This document shows positions 60,626 to 64,000 of a DNA stretch of 64,000 nucleotides, piece after piece (the stretch's first letter is position 1; every line of letters begins with the position of its first letter). A program made the translations under genes and the position numbers. The notes under the pieces were generated by a model, which was not told the DNA's origin, did no database searches, and saw only the letters and a list, made by a program, of their open reading frames with translations. The stretch comes from Eubacteriales bacterium (GTDB lineage Bacteria > Bacillota > Clostridia > Oscillospirales > CAG-272): the NCBI GenBank assembly GCA_045633625.1, contig JAZQYP010000034.1, positions 4,530-68,529 on the forward strand, given 5' to 3'.

Positions 60626-62116
60626 TTATTTCTTTGTGAATTTCACGTCGGTTGTGACGTATTCGTCAAAGAACCATTCGGCTGTTTTTGTTACATTGAG
60701 TGTTGCGGTGTCGCCCTCAAAATCAAAGGTCAGCTTCATATTACCGAAGTAGTCGTCAATTACCTGCACCTTGAGGGCAAAGCGGGTGTCGGTCTCCCAC
60801 GCGCCCGAGAACATTGTGCGGTATCCGCGACCTATCGGGTGCTTTATGCGAATTCCCGAATACTGCGGCTCGTCAATGGTGCCTGTGACGTTTTTAAGTA
60901 TTCCAAAATCGAAGTTTTTCGTTCCTCTTGGAGTAACGTAGGTAAACGTACCCTCGCCGTCGCGGAGGTCGATCTTGAACTCGGATATATTATCGTAATC
61001 GGCGGTAAAAGTTACGCCATTTATCTTCTCTGCCATAGATGAGGTAGCCTCACCCTTTACATATGGTATCTGCATTCTCTCATAAGCCTCGGCAAGCATC
61101 TTCTCGCCCTCTTTGTCCTCATTTAGAGGCTCGTCGGAGAGCGTTTCAAGAACGTATTTCACAAAGTTGCCATATACAATACCCCTTGCATTGCCGTTAC
61201 CCTGATTGTCGGCGGTGCAGACGAAAATAAGATCCTTGTCGGGTATGCAGAATGCTTGCTGATTGCCCATTCCGTGGAATGCAAAGCCATTCGGAAGCTG
61301 CCATATCTGATAGCCGTAGCCATATCGCATAAGCTCATTGGTTTCGCTGACCGTTGTATCTATGAGATTTGAAGTCGCCGCCTTTACGTAGTCTGCGGGA
61401 ACGAGCTGCTCGTCCTTATATCTGCCGCCGTTCATAACAAGGTACGCAAATCTCATAAGGTCGCGAGAGGTGCAAAGGATTCCCGAGCCACCCCACGAAT
61501 AACCCTCGGGCGCACCGACACACCACGCGGCAGTCGAGAAGCCCATTCTCATAAGGGCTTTTTCTTTCATATAGTCGAGGAATTTCATACCCGTGACACG
61601 CTCAACAATAACGTCGAGGACGTAGGATGCGCTTGTATCATAAAGAAACTCACTTCCAGGCTCCTTGCTTGTGGGGGCTACAAAAAAGGTCGAGAGCCAA
61701 TCATCATCGGTCCTTCCATTGTAAGTCGCGCCCGTCGGGAATGGCGACGCCATACGGAGAAGATCAACGATCTTGGTTTTTCTTATTAAAGGATCTGTAT
61801 TTTCATCTATCTTATCGGGAAAATATTTATCTATCGTATCGTTTATCGATATCTTGCCCTCGCCCTCAAGAATGCCTATGGCAATTCCCACAAAGCTCTT
61901 TGAAATAGAGTACATTCTGTGGAAAGAGTCCTTATTAAACGGCTCGGCATATCCCTCAGCTACAAGCTTTCCGTGACGGAGCACGAGCACGCTATGCATA
62001 GCGAGGTCTGCCTCACGGTACGCATCAAGCACTTTGGCGATATTTGCCGACGATATGCCTACGCTTTCAGGGGTGCCACCGAATTCAATAGGTGGAACGT
62101 AGCTTTGAACTTTCAT
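60626..62116 (-). CDS. Serine hydrolase of the beta-lactamase/class C (esterase/amidase) family, cytoplasmic
   Basis: SISK (SxxK), FLYD, YGYGYQIW, HGMGNQ; no signal peptide. Confidence 0.85.
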   Translation of the reverse strand: MKVQSYVPPIEFGGTPESVGISSANIAKVLDAYREADLAMHSVLVLRHGKLVAEGYAEPFNKDSFHRMYSISKSFVGIAIGILEGEGKISINDTIDKYFPDKIDENTDPLIRKTKIVDLLRMASPFPTGATYNGRTDDDWLSTFFVAPTSKEPGSEFLYDTSASYVLDVIVERVTGMKFLDYMKEKALMRMGFSTAAWCVGAPEGYSWGGSGILCTSRDLMRFAYLVMNGGRYKDEQLVPADYVKAATSNLIDTTVSETNELMRYGYGYQIWQLPNGFAFHGMGNQQAFCIPDKDLIFVCTADNQGNGNARGIVYGNFVKYVLETLSDEPLNEDKEGEKMLAEAYERMQIPYVKGEATSSMAEKINGVTFTADYDNISEFKIDLRDGEGTFTYVTPRGTKNFDFGILKNVTGTIDEPQYSGIRIKHPIGRGYRTMFSGAWETDTRFALKVQVIDDYFGNMKLTFDFEGDTATLNVTKTAEWFFDEYVTTDVKFTKK

Positions 62117-62234
62117 TTTTGTAACTCCTTTTGCGTATAAAGATATAATTTATAAATTATTGCGATTTTATATTGCAATATTTTGAAATCTATTGTAAAA
62201 TAGATCTATACCATGATATTTGAGGTGAAAAGCT

Positions 62235-63083
62235 ATGGCACAGATAATTTTTGACGAGCAACCGAGCCTGTACATAGAGCAGGAAACCTGCAAGATGCTG
62301 ATGCCCGATATGCACTATCACAACACCTGTGAGCTCTACTATATTCTCGAGGGCGGACGCGAATATTTCATTGAGGACAAGTTCTTTACAACCCACAAGG
62401 GTGACTTTGTATATATCCCCGCCGAGATGCTTCACCGCACCGACGGTCAGCTAACAACAAGGATCCTCACGTACGTCAGCACGGGCTTTATGGAAAAATT
62501 TTTCACAAAAGCAATGGAGGGCACGATCTTGCCCCACGAACCCTTTGTTTTTCGTCCTGAGGAATCGCTCTCAGAAGAATTTGACGGAATGCTCGTAGAG
62601 CTTTACACAAAATACCGCGCACATATTGACGATCCAAGTGGCAAGGACGACACTGTGATTGCAGGGCTTCTTTTCAAGATTTTGTTCTTCTGTGCAACAG
62701 AGAAAAACACCTACGTTGAACAGCCATTCCCCGACAAGCGCATCTCGTCGATCGTACAGTATATAAACCGAAACTTCGCACAGATAACCTCGATTGAGGA
62801 GATCGCAAATCATTTCTTTTTGTCAAAATACTACCTTTGCCATATGTTCAAAGCGTCTCTTGGCGTACCACTTATTACCTATCTGCATACGATACGCATA
62901 AAGGCGGCGTGCGAGATGATAGAGTCAGGCAAGTACAAGATAACCGAAATCGCAACGAAGTGTGGATTTAACACGACGCCCTATTTCTGTAAGGTCTTTA
63001 AGGACGAAAAAGGAATGACTCCCAGCGAATACAAGCTCTCCCTCAAAAAAGATTATAACACATACGATTCAGTTTTTCAATAA
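62235..63083 (+). CDS. AraC-family regulator with cupin sensor domain
   Basis: MHYH..CELYY cupin; C-terminal HTH (IATKCGFN..PYFCKVFK). Confidence 0.92.
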   Translation: MAQIIFDEQPSLYIEQETCKMLMPDMHYHNTCELYYILEGGREYFIEDKFFTTHKGDFVYIPAEMLHRTDGQLTTRILTYVSTGFMEKFFTKAMEGTILPHEPFVFRPEESLSEEFDGMLVELYTKYRAHIDDPSGKDDTVIAGLLFKILFFCATEKNTYVEQPFPDKRISSIVQYINRNFAQITSIEEIANHFFLSKYYLCHMFKASLGVPLITYLHTIRIKAACEMIESGKYKITEIATKCGFNTTPYFCKVFKDEKGMTPSEYKLSLKKDYNTYDSVFQ

Positions 63084-63241
63084 TTATATTGCTTTCTTCC
63101 TGTTGTTTGTTACAATAAATTGCTCAAAAAATGAAGCAATATTTTGATACTTTTGGGACAAACAAAGCAATATCGTTATTGCTTTATTTTCTGATTTGTT
63201 CTATACTATTTGACAAAGTAAGCTTTTTAGGAGAAAATACT

Positions 63242-64000
63242 ATGGAATTCAAAAAAACACAGCTTCCCGAGAGGGTAATACAGTTTGGCGAGGGCGGATT
63301 TCTCCGCGGATTTGCAGATTGGATGCTTCAGAAGATGAACGACTGCGGTGCCTTTGGCGGCAGTGTTGTTGTGGTTCAGCCCATTGAGAATGGACTTTGC
63401 GACGCGCTGACAGCGCAAAACTGCAACTACACGCACGTAATACGTGGCGCAGAGGGCGTTGAAACGACACTTTGCAACGTTATTTCCCGTTGCGTTAAGC
63501 CCTATGATAATTTTGAGGAATATCTCGAGCTGGCAGATGCGCCCGAAATGAGATTTATTATTTCGAACACCACCGAATCGGGTATCGTTTATAATGAGGT
63601 GGATACCCCCGAAAAAGCACCCTGCGTTTCCTTCCCCGCAAAGCTCACTCTTCTTCTCAAGAGAAGATTTGACAAGGGCCTTGACGGATTTATAATCCTT
63701 CCCTGTGAGCTTATCGATCGCAACGGCGATAACCTTAAGAAATGCATACTCAAGTATGCGGCACAGTGGGAGCTCGGTGACGATTTTTCTGCATGGGTCG
63801 AAAAGGAGAACGTTTTCTGCAACACGCTCGTTGACAGAATAAACACAGGCTTCCCCAAGGACGAAAAGATTGATCTCGGATACACCGACAATATGCTCAA
63901 CACCTCGGAGTTCTTCCATCTTTGGGTAATCGAGACCGACTACGATATCGAAAAGGAGCTCCCCTTCTCTGCGGCGGGACTTAACGTCATAGTAACAAAG
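63242..64000 (+). CDS. uxaB: Tagaturonate (altronate) oxidoreductase, 3'-truncated by the window edge
   Basis: MEFKKTQLPERVIQFGEGGFLRGFADW, ISNTTESGI, SFPAKL, PCELIDRNGDNL; AGGAG RBS; absent from the ORF track because it lacks a stop. Confidence 0.93.
   Translation, partial: MEFKKTQLPERVIQFGEGGFLRGFADWMLQKMNDCGAFGGSVVVVQPIENGLCDALTAQNCNYTHVIRGAEGVETTLCNVISRCVKPYDNFEEYLELADAPEMRFIISNTTESGIVYNEVDTPEKAPCVSFPAKLTLLLKRRFDKGLDGFIILPCELIDRNGDNLKKCILKYAAQWELGDDFSAWVEKENVFCNTLVDRINTGFPKDEKIDLGYTDNMLNTSEFFHLWVIETDYDIEKELPFSAAGLNVIVTK

Noticed and set aside
60626-62116. Antibiotic-resistance beta-lactamase
   Set aside because: No signal peptide and a long C-terminal extension; more consistent with a cytoplasmic esterase or amidase of the same fold.
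63227-63919. 230-aa minus-strand ORF
   Set aside because: Antisense to the clearly recognisable uxaB on the plus strand.

Overview
Chromosomal window from a low-GC Gram-positive anaerobe (Clostridia-like; polC, sigmaA promoters, gpmI, uxaB). The core is ordinary: oadB/oadG, a LytTR system, two polar amino-acid ABC operons, uvrAB, polC-ispG-rseP-dxr-cdsA-uppS-frr-pyrH, pgm, birA, oppABCDF, mrp, gpmI, tyrS, mnaA, uxaB. The most unusual signals are non-coding. (1) Two copies, 9023 bp apart, of a ~240-bp module consisting of a conserved non-coding end, an outward sigmaA promoter and the last 30 codons of a GGGtGRT-family gene. The copies differ only synonymously in the coding part and are interleaved with three fixed-spacing inverted repeats (GTTGGACACATCA-N18-TGATGTGTYCAA). 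This looks like a tandem array of integrase-less cassettes accreting at a gene 3' end. The 8.4-kb cargo pairs a U32-family and a QueG-like Fe-S enzyme with a glycosidase, an esterase and an amidohydrolase. (2) An independent 4.2-kb island bounded by a 90-bp duplication of the tyrS 3' end. (3) An apparently circularly permuted amino-acid-binding lipoprotein. No integrase, transposase, rRNA, tRNA or CRISPR array was seen. Family assignments come from recognised motifs, not from database searches.
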